From NCBI GenBank assembly GCA_964016885.1, contig OZ024741.1, positions 148,118,001-148,182,000 of the forward strand: 64,000 nucleotides of DNA. The letters run 5' to 3'. The notes beneath the pieces are model-generated. The model was not told where the DNA came from. It did not search any database and saw only the letters and a list, made by a program, of their open reading frames with translations. Shown here piece by piece: positions 1 to 15,662 of this stretch (positions within the stretch are counted from its first letter, which is position 1; each line of letters begins with the position of its first letter). This DNA comes from Eledone cirrhosa (taxonomy: Eukaryota). The translations under genes were made by a program, and so were the position numbers.

Positions 1-3000
1 AACCACTACGCACCTGGACATATTTATAAAAGGTGTCAATATGATGTTTGCAGTAACTGGCGTGCACGCACACAACAGGCGTCATAACAGTTTCCATCTA
101 CCAAATTCACCCATAAGATATTAATAATCCTGTGACTATAATGCAAAATATTTACCAAAGGTGCCATATAATGAGATAGAATCCAAAATGGAGTGGTATG
201 TCTGTGCCGGCTTATGTATATGGTAAATGGTATCACTATCTTATACAGTTGGGGATATGTAAGTAAAAAAGTAATCATTAACTTTTATCTCACTACTAGC
301 TGTGCCTCTGAGCATGTGTTATTAAAAGGGCAGATACTATCTCGAACTTACATTCAGCCTTAAGTGAAGTGAAGAAACCATTGATTGGTCTCAGCATTTT
401 ATATAAAGATAGACCATGTCAAGATAAACATTCCTGTCAGTTTATGTATACATGACAAACTTGTTATGTGTACCTGTCCTACCTGCTATACCTGACATCC
501 CTGCTATATATACCTGTCTTCCCTGCTATATATACCTGACATCCCTGCTATATATACCTGACATCCCTGCTATATATACCTGACGTCTCTGCTATATATA
601 CCCGACATCTCTGCTATATATACCAGACGTCTCTGCTATATATACCTGTCATCCCTGCTATATATACCTGACGTCTCTGCTATATATACCTGACGTCCCT
701 GCTATATATACCTGACGTCCCTGCTATATATACCTGACGTCCCTGCTATATATACCTGACGTCTCTGCTATATATACCTGACATCCCTGCTATATATACC
801 TGACGTCCCTGCTATATATACCTGACATCCCTGCTATATATACCTGTCTTCCCTGCTATATATACCTGACATCCCTGCTATATATACCTGACGTCCCTGC
901 TATATATACCTGACGTCTCTGCTATATATACCTGACATCCCTGCTATATATACCTGACATTCCTGCTATATATACCTGACATTCCTGCTATATATACCTG
1001 ACATCCCTGCTATATATACCTGACATCCCTGCTATATATACCTGACATCCCTGCTATATATACCTGACATTCCTGCTATATATACCTGACATCCCTGCTA
1101 TATATACCTGACATCCCTGCTATATATACCTGACATTCCTGCTATATATACCTGACATCTCTGCTATATATACCTGACATCTCTGCTATATATACCTGTC
1201 GTCCCTGCTATATATACCTGTCGTCTCTGCTATATATACAAGGCATCTCTGCTATATATACCTGTCTTCCCTGCTATATATAACTGACGTCCCTGCTATA
1301 TATACCTGACGCCTCTGCTATATATACCTGTCTTCCCTGCTATATATACCTGACATCCCTGCTATATATACCTGACATCCCTGCTATATATACCTGACGT
1401 CTCTGCTATATATACCTGACATCTCTGCTATATATACCTGTCTTCACTGCTATATATAACCGACGTCCCTGCTATATATACAAGGCATCTCTGCTATATA
1501 TACCTGTCATCTCTGCTATATATACCTGACATCCCTGCTATATATACCTGTCGTCTCTGCTATATATACCTGTCTTCCCTGCTATATATACCTGTCTTCC
1601 CTGCTATATATACCCGACATCTCTGCTATATATACCTGACATCTCTGCTATATATACCTGTCATCTCTGCTATATATACCTGACATCCCTGCTATATATA
1701 CCTGACGTCCCTGCTATATATACCCGACATCTCTGCTATATATACCTGTCTTCCCTGCTATATATAACTGACGTCCCTGCTATATATACCTGTCATCTCT
1801 GCTATATATACCCGACATCTCTGCTATATATACCTGACATCTCTGCTATATATACCTGACGTCTCTGCTATATATACCTGACATCTCTGCTATATATACC
1901 TGACATCTCTGCTATATATACCCGACATCTCTGCTATATATACCCGACATCTCTGCTATATATACCTGACATCTCTGCTATATATACCTGACATCTCTGC
2001 TATATATACCTGACATCTCTGCTATATATACCTGTCTTCCCTGCTATATATAACTGACGTCCCTGCTATATATACCTGACATCTCTGCTATATATACCTG
2101 TCATCTCTGCTATATATACCTGACATCCCTGCTATATATACCTGACGTCCCTGCTATATATACCCGACATCTCTGCTATATATACCTGACATCTCTGCTA
2201 TATATACCTGACGTCCCTGCTATATATACCTGACATCTCTGCTATATATACCTGACATCTCTGCTATATATACCTGTCATCTCTGCTATATATACCTGTC
2301 ATCTCTGCTATATATACCTGTCATCTCTGCTATATATACCTGACATCTCTGCTATATATACCTGACATCTCTGCTATATATACCTGTCTTCCCTGCTATA
2401 TATACCTGTCATCCCTGCTATATATACCTGACATCTCTGCTATATATACCTGTCATCTCTGCTATATATACCTGTCATCTCTGCTATATATACCTGTCAT
2501 CTCTGCTATATATACCTGTCATCTCTGCTATATATACCTGTCATCTCTGCTATATATACCTGACGTCCCTGCTATATATACCTGTCATCCCTGCTATATA
2601 TACCTGACATCTCTGCTATATATACCTGTCATCTCTGCTATATATACCTGTCATCTCTGCTATATATACCTGACATCTCTGCTATATATACCTGTCTTCC
2701 ATGCTATATATAACCGACGTCCCTGCTATATATACCTGACATCTCTGCTATATATACCTGTCATCTCTGCTATATATACCTGTCATCTCTGCTATATATA
2801 CCTGACATTCCTGCTATATATACCTGACATCTCTGCTATATATACCTGTCATCTCTGCTATATATACCTGACATCCCTGCTATATATACCTGTCGTCTCT
2901 GCTATATATACCTGTCGTCTCTGCTATATATACCTGTCTTCCCTGCTATATATAACTGACGTCCCTGCTATATATACCTGACATCTCTGCTATATATACC

Positions 3001-6000
3001 TCTCATCTCTGCTATATATACCTGACATCTCTGCTATATATACCTGACATCTCTGCTATATATACCTGTCATCTCTGCTATATATACCTGTCATCTCTGC
3101 TATATATACCTGTCATCTCTGCTATATATACCTGACGTCCCTGCTATATATACCTGACGTCCCTGCTATATATACCTGACATCTCTGCTATATATACCTG
3201 ACATCTCTGCTATATATACCTGACGTCTCTGCTATGTATACCTGACGTCTCTGCTATATATACCTGTCGTCTCTGCTATATATACCTGTCGTCCCTGCTA
3301 TATATACCTGACGTCCCTGCTATATATACCTGACGTCTCTGCTATATATACCTGACGTCTCTGCTATATATACCTGACGTCCCTGCTATATATACCTGAC
3401 GTCCCTGCTATATATACCTGACATCTCTGCTATATATACCCGACATCTCTGCTATATATACCTGACACCCCTGCTATATATACCCGACGTCTCTGCTATA
3501 TATACCTGACGTCTCTGCTATATATACCTGACATCTCTGCTATATATACCTGACATCTCTGCTATATATACCTGACGTCTCTGCTATGTATACCTGACAT
3601 CTCTGCTATATATACCTGACATCCCTGTTATATATACCTCACGTCCCTGCTATATATACCTGTCATCTCTGCTATATATACCTGTCATCTCTGCTATATA
3701 TACCTGACGTCTCTGCTATATATACCTGTCGTCCCTGCTATATATACCTGACATCTCTGCTATATATACCTGACATCTCTGCTATATATACCTGACATCT
3801 CTGCTATATATACCCGACGTCTCTGCTATATATACCTGACATCTCTGCTATATATACCTGACATCTCTGCTATATATACCTGACATCTCTGCTATATATA
3901 CCTGACGTCTCTGCTATATATACCTGACGTCTCTGCTATATATACCTGACGTCTCTGCTATATATACCTGACATCTCTGCTATATATACCCGACGTCTCT
4001 GCTATATATACCTGACGTCCCTGCTATATATACCTGACGTCTCTGCTATATATACCTGACATCTCTGCTATATATACCTGACATCTCTGCTATATATACC
4101 TGACATCTCTGCTATATATACCTGACATCTCTGCTATATATACCTGACATCTCTGCTATATATACCTGACATCTCTGCTATATATACCTGACGTCCCTGC
4201 TATATATACCTGTCATCTCTGCTATATATACCCGACATCTCTGCTATATATACCTGACATCTCTGTAATATATACCTGACGTCTCTGCTATATATACCTG
4301 ACACCCCTGCTATATACACCTGACATCTCTGCTATATATAACTGACGTCCCTGCTATATATACCTGACGTCCCTGCTATATATACCTGACATCCCTGCTA
4401 TATATACCTGACACCCCTGCTATATATACCTGACATCTCTGCTATATATACCTGACATCTCTGCTATATATACCCGACGTCTCTGCTATATATACCTGAC
4501 ACCCCTGCTATATATACCAGGACGTCTCTGCTATATATACCTGACACTCCTGCTATATATACCTGACGTCTCTGCTATATATACCTGACACCCCAGCTAT
4601 ATATACCAGGACGTCTCTGCTATATATACCTGACATCTCTGCTATATATACCCGACGTCTCTGCTATATATACCCGACGTCTCTGCTATATATACCCGAC
4701 GTCTCTGCTATATATACCTGACGTCTCTGCTATATATATACCTGACACCCCTGCTATATATACCTGACGTCTCTGCTATATATACCTGACATCCCTGCTA
4801 TATATACCTGACGTCCCTGCTATATATACCTGACGTCTCTGCTATATATACCTGACATCTCTGCTATATATACCCGACATCTCTGCTATATATACCTGAC
4901 GTCTCTGCTATATATACCTGACATCTCTGCTATATATACCTGACGTCTTTGCTATATATATACCTGACACCCCTGCTATATATACCTGACGTCTCTGCTA
5001 TATATACCTGACATCCCTGCTATATATACCTGACGTCCCTGCTATATATACCTGACATCTCTGCTATATATACCTGTCATCTCTGCTATATATACCCGAC
5101 ATCTCTGCTATATATACCTGACATCTCTGCTATATATACCTGACATCTCTGCTATATATACCCGACATCTCTGCTATATATACCTGACGTCCCTGCTATA
5201 TATACCTGACACCCCTGCTATATATACCTGACATCTCTGCTATATATACCCGACATCTCTGCTATATATACCAGACGTCTCTGCTATATATACCTGACAT
5301 CTCTGCTATATAAACCTGTCCTCCCTGCTCTATATACCTGACGTCCCTGCTATATATACCTGACGTCTCTGCTATATATACCTGACATCCCTGCTATATA
5401 TACCTGACATCTCTGCTATATATACCTGACATCTCTGCTATATATACCTGACATCTCTGCTATATATACCTGACATCTCTGCTATATATACCTGACGTCC
5501 CTGCTATATATACCTGACGTCTCTGCTATATATACCTGACGTCTCTGCTATATATACCTGACATCCCTGCTATATATACCTGACACCCCTGCTATATATA
5601 CCTGACATCTCTGCTATATATACCCGACATCTCTGCTATATATACCAGACGTCTCTGCTATATATACCTGACGTCTCTGCTATATATACCTGACATCCCT
5701 GCTATATATACCTGACATCTCTGCTATATATACCTGACATCTCTGCAATATATACCTGACATCTCTGCTATATATACCTGACGTCTCTGCTATGTATACC
5801 TGACATCTCTGCTATATATACCTGACATCCCTGCTATATATACCTGACGTCCCTGCTATATATACCTGACGTCCCTGCTATATATACCTGTCATCTCTGC
5901 TATATATACCTGTCATCTCTGCTATATATACCTGACGTCTCTGCTATATTTACCTGTCGTCCCTGCTATATATACCTGACATCTCTGCTATATATACCTG

Positions 6001-9000
6001 ACATCTCTGCTATATATACCTGACATCTCTGCTATATATACCCGACGTCTCTGCTATATATACCTGACATCTCTGCTATATATACCTGACATCTCTGCTA
6101 TATATACCTGACATCTCTGCTATATATACCTGACATCTCTGCTATATATACCTGACGTCTCTGCTATATATACCTGACATCTCTGCTATATATACCTGAC
6201 ATCTCTGCTATATATACCTGACATCTCTGCTATATATACCTGACGTCCCTGCTATATATACCTGTCATCTCTGCTATATATACCCGACATCTCTGCTATA
6301 TATACCTGACATCTCTGCTATATATACCTGACATCTCTGCTATATATACCCGACGTCTCTGCTATATATACCTGACATCTCTGCTATATATACCTGACAT
6401 CTCTGCTATATATACCTGACATCTCTGCTATATATACCTGACATCTCTGCTATATATACCTGACGTCTCTGCTATATATACATGACGTCTCTGCTATATA
6501 TACCTGACATCTCTGCTATATATACCCGACGTCTCTGCTATATATACCTGACGTCCCTGCTATATATACCTGACGTCCCTGCTATATATACCTGACGTCC
6601 CTGCTATATATACCTGACGTCTCTGCTATATATACCTGACGTCCCTGCTATATATACCTGACATCTCTGCTATATATACCTGACATCTCTGCTATATATA
6701 CCTGACATCTCTGCTATATATACCTGACATCTCTGCTATATATACCTGACGTCCCTGCTATATATACCTGTCATCTCTGCTATATATACCCGACATCTCT
6801 GCTATATATACCTGACATCTCTGCTATATATACCTGACGTCTCTGCTATATATACCTGACACCCCTGCTATATACACCTGACATCTCTGCTATATATAAC
6901 TGACGTCCCTGCTATATATACCTGACGTCCCTGCTATATATACCTGACATCCCTGCTATATATACCTGACACCCCTGCTATATATACCTGACATCTCTGC
7001 TATATATACCTGACATCTCTGCTATATATACCCGACGTCTCTGCTATATATACCTGACATCTCTGCTGTATATACCTGACATCTCTGCTATATATACCCG
7101 ACATCTCTGCTATATATACCTGACATCTCTGCTATATATACCTGACATCTCTGCTATATATACCCGACATCTCTGCTATATATACCTGACGTCTCTGCTA
7201 TATATACCTGACACCCCTGCTATATATACCAGGACGTCTCTGCTATATATACCTGACACTCCTGCTATATATACCTGACGTCTCTGCTATATATACCTGA
7301 CACCCCTGCTATATATACCAGGACGTCTCTGCTATATATACCTGACATCTCTGCTATATATACCCGACGTCTCTGCTATATATACCCGACGTCTCTGCTA
7401 TATATACCTGACGTCTCTGCTATATATATACCTGACACCCCTGCTATATATACCTGACGTCTCTGCTATATATACCTGACATCCCTGCTATATATACCTG
7501 ACGTCCCTGCTATATATACCTGACGTCTCTGCTATATATACCTGACATCTCTGCTATATATACCCGACATCTCTGCTATATATACCTGACGTCTCTGCTA
7601 TATATACCTGACATCTCTGCTATATATACCTGACGTCTTTGCTATATATATACCTGACACCCCTGCTATATATACCTGACGTCTCTGCTATATATACCTG
7701 ACATCCCTGCTATATATACCTGACGTCCCTGCTATATATACCTGACATCTCTGCTATATATACCTGTCATCTCTGCTATATATACCCGACATCTCTGCTA
7801 TATATACCTGACATCTCTGCTATATATACCTGACATCTCTGCTATATATACCCGACATCTCTGCTATATATACCTGACGTCCCTGCTATATATACCTGAC
7901 ACCCCTGCTATATATACCTGACATCTCTGCTATATATACCCGACATCTCTGCTATATATACCAGACGTCTCTGCTATATATACCTGACGTCTCTGCTATA
8001 TATACCTGACGTCTCTGCTATATATACCTGACGTCCCTGCTATATATACCCGACATCTCTGCTATATATACCTGACGTCTCTGCTATATATACCTGACGT
8101 CTCTGCTATATATACCTGACATCCCTGCTATATATACCTGTCCTCCCTGCTCTATATACCTGACATCTCTGCTATATATACCTGTCCTCCCTGCTCTATA
8201 TACCTGACGTCCCTGCTATATATACCTGACGTCTCTGCTATATATACCTGACATCCCTGCTATATATACCTGACATCTCTGCTATATATACCTGACATCT
8301 CTGCTATATATACCTGACATCTCTGCTATATATACCTGACATCTCTGCTATATATACCTGACATCTCTGCTATATATACCTGACGTCCCTGCTATATATA
8401 CCTGACGTCTCTGCTATATATACCTGACGTCTCTGCTATATATACCTGACATCCCTGCTATATATACCTGACACCCCTGCTATATATACCTGACATCTCT
8501 GCTATATATACCCGACATCTCTGCTATATATACCAGACGTCTCTGCTATATATACCTGACGTCTCTGCTATATATACCTGACATCCCTGCTATATATACC
8601 TGACATCTCTGCTATATATACCTGACATCTCTGCAATATATACCTGACATCTCTGCTATATATACCTGACGTCTCTGCTATGTATACCTGACATCTCTGC
8701 TATATATACCTGACATCCCTGCTATATATACCTGACGTCCCTGCTATATATACCTGTCATCTCTGCTATATATACCTGTCATCTCTGCTATATATACCTG
8801 ACGTCTCTGCTATATTTACCTGTCGTCCCTGCTATATATACCTGACATCTCTGCTATATATACCTGACATCTCTGCTATATATACCTGACATCTCTGCTA
8901 TATATACCCGACGTCTCTGCTATATATACCTGACATCTCTGCTATATATACCTGACATCTCTGCTATATATACCTGACATCTCTGCTATATATACCTGAC

Positions 9001-10846
9001 ATCTCTGCTATATATACCTGACGTCTCTGCTATATATACCTGACATCTCTGCTATATATACCCGACGTCTCTGCTATATATACCTGACGTCCCTGCTATA
9101 TATACCTGACGTCCCTGCTATATATACCTGACGTCCCTGCTATATATACCTGACGTCTCTGCTATATATACCTGACGTCCCTGCTATATATACCTGACAT
9201 CTCTGCTATATATACCTGACATCTCTGCTATATATACCTGACATCTCTGCTATATATACCTGACATCTCTGCTATATATACCTGACGTCCCTGCTATATA
9301 TACCTGTCATCTCTGCTATATATACCCGACATCTCTGCTATATATACCTGACATCTCTGCTATATATACCTGACGTCTCTGCTATATATACCTGACACCC
9401 CTGCTATATACACCTGACATCTCTGCTATATATAACTGACGTCCCTGCTATATATACCTGACGTCCCTGCTATATATACCTGACATCCCTGCTATATATA
9501 CCTGACACCCCTGCTATATATACCTGACATCTCTGCTATATATACCTGACATCTCTGCTATATATACCTGACATCTCTGCTATATATACCCGACGTCTCT
9601 GCTATATATACCTGACATCTCTGCTGTATATACCTGACATCTCTGCTGTATATACCTGACATCTCTGCTATATATACCCGACATCTCTGCTATATATACC
9701 TGACATCTCTGCTATATATACCTGACATCTCTGCTATATATACCCGACATCTCTGCTATATATACCTGACGTCTCTGCTATATATACCTGACACCCCTGC
9801 TATATATACCAGGACGTCTCTGCTATATATACCTGACACTCCTGCTATATATACCTGACGTCTCTGCTATATATACCTGACACCCCTGCTATATATACCA
9901 GGACGTCTCTGCTATATATACCTGACATCTCTGCTATATATACCCGACGTCTCTGCTATATATACCCGACGTCTCTGCTATATATACCCGACGTCTCTGC
10001 TATATATACCCGACGTCTCTGCTATATATACCTGACTTCTCTGCTATATATACCCGACATCTCTGCTATATATACCCGACATCTCTGCTATATATACCTG
10101 TCGTCCCTGCTATATATACCTGACGTCCCTGCTATATATACCTGACATCTCTGCTATATATACCTGACATCTCTGCTATATATACCCGACGTCTCTGCTA
10201 TATATACCTGACGTCTCTGCTATATATATACCTGACACCCCTGCTATATATACCTGACGTCTCTGCTATATATACCTGACATCCCTGCTATATATACCTG
10301 ACGTCCCTGCTATATATACCTGACGTCTCTGCTATATATACCTGACATCTCTGCTATATATACCCGACATCTCTGCTATATATACCTGACGTCTCTGCTA
10401 TATATACCTGACATCTCTGCTATATATACCTGACGTCTTTGCTATATATATACCTGACACCCCTGCTATATATACCTGACGTCTCTGGTATATATACCTG
10501 ACATCCCTGCTATATATACCTGACGTCCCTGCTATATATACCTGACATCTCTGCTATATATACCTGTCATCTCTGCTATATATACCCGACATCTCTGCTA
10601 TATATACCCGACATCTCTGCTATATATACCCGACATCTCTGCTATATATACCTGTCGTCCCTGCTGTATATACCTGACATTCCTGCTATATATACCTGAC
10701 GTCCCTGCTATATATACGTGACATCCCTGCTATATATACCTGACATCCCTGCTATATATACCTGACACCCCTGCTATATATACCCAACATCTCTGCTATA
10801 TATACCTGACATCCCTGCTATATATACCCGGCGTCTCTGCTATATA

Positions 10847-11544
10847 CGTAGCGAAACCTATCCATACATTGACACCCCCTACCCAGGTGACATTTAACAG
10901 TCATTTTCTAGGTTAGCTCCTGGTGGTGCCAGTGGTCTGCAGAGGTAGCAGGTCACTTTGAGGTGAAGACAAGATAGGTTCTCAAGTTAGTCAAGCGTGA
11001 ACCTTCCTACAGTAAACACGGAAGAGTTTTGCTCTGGTCTCCGGGTGGAGACGCATATTTTGTCTACCCATCAAATCACTAACAAGATGTATTCTTTAGC
11101 AAAATATTTCCCGGGCCTGCCTGTGGGCAAGGCCACAAGAAATAACAGCCAGCCACTTCTATAAGGCAAGTTACTTTGTGTCACTGCACACATTCCTCAT
11201 ACCCAAACATATCTCACGCACTTTCACCGCATACACAATTTTCTCCTTGTTGTTTGTTGTTCATGCCTTTTGACTGTAACAAGTGTTAATTTAAGTATTT
11301 CTGTCGTGAAATGCTAATTAATTAATAATATATAAATGTGGCAGGAGTTCTCGTTCTTCATCTATAACCCCGGCAGTGTGATCGGGGGAAATCACTTCCC
11401 CATTGATATCAAACACATTCACTTTCCACAGATGTACACAGTTAACTATCACAACTATCTGTGACCAATACGAATCATCATCATTCACTCTTCTACTATG
11501 GTAAAAACTCAACTCACAATCACACACGCAAATCTCCCATTACA
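10847..11544. mobile_element. Solo LTR (698 bp, Gypsy-like), copy 1
   Basis: Ends (C)GTAGCG...CATTACA (TG..CA with one substitution); the host TATATATA becomes TATATA[insert]TATATA, i.e. a 4-bp TATA TSD. Confidence 0.72.
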
Positions 11545-14500
11545 TATATACCTGTCATTCTTGCTATATATACCTGATGTCCCTGCTATATATACCTGTC
11601 ATTCTTGCTAATTGTACCGGACGTCCCTGCTATATATACCTGTCATCCCTGCTATGTGTACCTGACGTCCCTGCTATGTGTACCTGACCTCCCAGCTATG
11701 TGTACCTGACCTCCCAGCTTTGTGTACCTGACCTCCCAGCTAAGTGTACCTGACCTCCCAGCTATGTTACTTGTCATTCTTGCTATATATACCTGACGTC
11801 CCTGCTATATATACCTGACATCTCTGCTATATATACCTGTCATCCCTGCTATATATACCTGTCATCTCTGCTATATATACCTGACATCTCTGCTATATAT
11901 ACCTGACATTCCTGCTGTATATACCTGACATTCCTGCTATATATACCTGACGTCCCTGCTATATATACCTGTCATCTCTGCTATATATACCTGCCATCTC
12001 TGCTATATATGCCTGACACCCCTGCTATATATACCTGTCATCTCTGCTATATATACCTGACATCCCTGCTATATATACCTGACGTCCCTGCTATATATAC
12101 CTGTCATCTCTGCTATATATACCCGGCGTCCCTGCTATATATACCCGACATCTCTGCTATATATACCTGACATCTCTGCTATATATACCCGACATCTCTG
12201 CTATATATACTCGACATCTCTGCTATATATACCTGTCGTCCCTGCTATATATACCTGACGTCCCTGCTATATATACCTGACATCCCTGCTATATATACCT
12301 GACATCCCTGCTATATATACCTGTCTTCCCTGCTATATATACCTGACATCCCTGCTATATATACCTGACATCTCTGCTATATATACCTGACATCTCTGCT
12401 ATATATAACTGACATCTCTGCTATATATACCTGACGTCTCTGCTATATATACCTGACGTCTCTGCTATATATACCTGACATCTCTGCTGTATATACCTGA
12501 CATCTCTGCTATATATACCCGACATCTCTGCTATATATACCTGACATCTCTGCTATATATACCTGACATCTCTGCTATATATACCCGACATCTCTGCTAT
12601 ATATACCCGACGTCTCTGCTATATATACCTGACGTCTCCTGCTATATATACCAGGACGTCTCTGCTATATATACCTGACACTCCTGCTATATATACCTGA
12701 CGTCTCTGCTATATATACCTGACACCCCTGCTATATATACCAGGACGTCTCTGCTATATATACCTGACATCTCTGCTATATATATACCCGACGTCTCTGC
12801 TATATATACCTGACATCTCTGCTATATATACCTGACGTCTCTGCTATATATACCTGTCGTCCCTGCTATATATACCTGTCGTCCCTGCTATATATACCCG
12901 ACATCTCTGCTATATATACCTGACATCTCTGCTATATATACCTGACGTCTCTGCTATATATACCCGACGTCTCTGCTATATATACCCGACGTCTCTGCTA
13001 TATATACCCGACGTCCCTGCTATATATACCCGACATCTCTGCTATATATACCTGACGTCTCTGCTATATATACCTGACATCTCTGCTATATATACCTGAC
13101 ATTCCTGCTATATATACCTGACATCTCTGCTATATATACCTGACATCTCTGCTATATATACCTGACATCTCTGCTATATATACCTGACATTCCTGCTATA
13201 TATACCTGTCGTCCCTGCTATATATACCCGACATCTCTGCTATATATACCTGACATCTCTGCTATATATACCTGACATCCCTGCTATATATACCTGACGT
13301 CTCTGCTATATATACCCGACGTCTCTGCTATATATACCCGACGTCTCTGCTATATATACCCGACGTCTCTGCTATATATACCCGACGTCTCTGCTATATA
13401 TACCCGACGTCTCTGCTATATATACCCGACATCTCTGCTATATATACCTGACATCTCTGCTATATATACCCGACATCTCTGCTATATATACCCGACATCT
13501 CTGCTATATATACCTGTCGTCCCTGCTATATATACCTGACGTCCCTGCTATATATACCTGACGTCCCTGCTATATATACCTGACATCTCTGCTATATATA
13601 CCTGACATCTCTGCTATATATACCTGACATCTCTGCTATATATACCCGACATCTCTGCTATATATACCTGACATCCCTGCTATATATACCTGACGTCTCT
13701 GCTATATATACCCGACATCTCTGCTATATATACCCGACATCTCTGCTATATATACCTGACATCTCTGCTATATATACCCGACGTCTCTGCTATATATATA
13801 CCTGACACCCCTGCTATATATACCTGACGTCTCTGCTATATATACCTGACATCCCTGCTATATATACCTGACATCTCTGCTATATATACCTGTCATCTCT
13901 GCTATATATACCTGACATCTCTGCTATATATACCTGACATCTCTGCTATATATACCTGACATCTCTGCTATATATACCTGACATCTCTGCTATATATACC
14001 TGACATCTCTGCTATATATACCTGACATCTCTGCTATATATACCCGACATCTCTGCTATATATACCCGACGTCCCTGCTATATATACCTGACGTCCCTGC
14101 TATATATACCTGACATCCCTGCTATATATACCTGACATCTCTGCTATATATACCCGACATCTCTGCTATATATACCTGACGTCTCTGCTATATATACCTG
14201 ACGTCCCTGCTATATATACCCGACATCTCTGCTATATATACCTGACGTCTCTGCTATATATACCGACGTCCCTGCTATATATACCTGACATCCCTGCTAT
14301 ATATACCTGTCCTCCCTGCTCTATATACCTGACATCTCTGCTATATATACCTGTCCTCCCTGCTCTATATACCTGACGTCCCTGCTATATATACCTGACA
14401 TCCCTGCTATATATACCTGACGTCTCTGCTATATATACCTGACATCTCTGCTATATATACCTGACGTCTCTGCTATATATACCTGACTTCTCTGCTATAT

Positions 14501-14964
14501 ATACCTGACGTCTCTGCTATATATACCCGACATCTCTGCTATATATACCCGACGTCCCTGCTATATATACCTGACATCTCTGCTATATATACCTGACATC
14601 TCTGCTATATATACCGACATCTCTGCTATATATACCCGACGTCCCTGCTATATATACCTGACATCTCTGCTATATATACCTGACGTCTCTGCTATATATA
14701 CCTGACATTCCTGCTATATATACCAGACATTCCTGCTAGATATATACCTGACATCTCTGCTATATATACCTGTCATCTCTGCTATATATACCTGTCATCT
14801 CTGCTATATATACCTGTCATCTCTGCTATATATACCTGTCCTCCCTGCTCTATATACCTGACATCCCTGCTATATATACCTGACACCCCTGCTATATATA
14901 CCCAACATCTCTGCTATATATACCTGACATCCCTGCTATATATACCCGGCGTCTCTGCTATATA

Positions 14965-15662
14965 CGTAGCGAAACCTATCCATACATTGACACCCCCCAC
15001 CCAGGTGACATTTAACAGTCATTTTCTAGGTTAGCTCCTGGTGGTGCCAGTGGTCTGCAGAGGTAGCAGGTCACTTTGAGGTGAAGACAAGATAGGTTCT
15101 CAAGTTAGTCAAGCGTGAACCTTCCTACAGTAAACACGGAAGAGTTTTGCTCTGGTCTCTGGGTGGAGACGCATATTTTGTCTACCCATCAAATCACTAA
15201 CAAGATGTATTCTTTAGCAAAATATTTCCCGGGCCTGCCTGTGGGCAAGGCCACAAGAAATAACAGCCAGCCACTTCTATAAGGCAAGTTACTTTGTGTC
15301 ACTGCACACATTCCTCATACCCAAACATATCTCACGCACTTTCACCGCATACACAATTTTCTCCTTGTTGTTTGTTGTTCATGCCTTTTGACTGTAACAA
15401 GTGTTAATTTAAGTATTTCTGTCGTGAAATGCTAATTAATTAATAATATATAAATGTGGCAGGAGTTCTCGTTCTTCATCTATAACCCCGGCAGTGTGAT
15501 CGGGGGAAATCACTTCCCCATTGATATCAAACACATTCACTTTCCACAGATGTACACAGTTAACTATCACAACTATCTGTGACCAATACGAATCATCATC
15601 ATTCACTCTTCTACTATGGTAAAAACTCAACTCACAATCACACACGCAAATCTCCCATTACA
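14965..15662. mobile_element. Solo LTR (698 bp), copy 2, offset 4118 bp
   Basis: About 2 substitutions from copy 1 by eye; same variant monomers on both flanks. Confidence 0.72.

Noticed and set aside
36-278. 80-aa ORF or next NCAPG exon
   Set aside because: No CAP-G similarity in the frames read; overlaps a SINE-tail-like sequence (GTGAATTTGGTAGATGGAAACTG).
11318-11527. 69-aa ORF, duplicated at 15436-15645
   Set aside because: Short, non-ATG start, inside the LTR, no recognisable motif.
10847-15662. Full LTR retrotransposon carrying satellite as cargo
   Set aside because: Each LTR has its own TSD and identical flanking monomers on both sides, and no PBS or PPT is evident; this is a duplication of a solo LTR.
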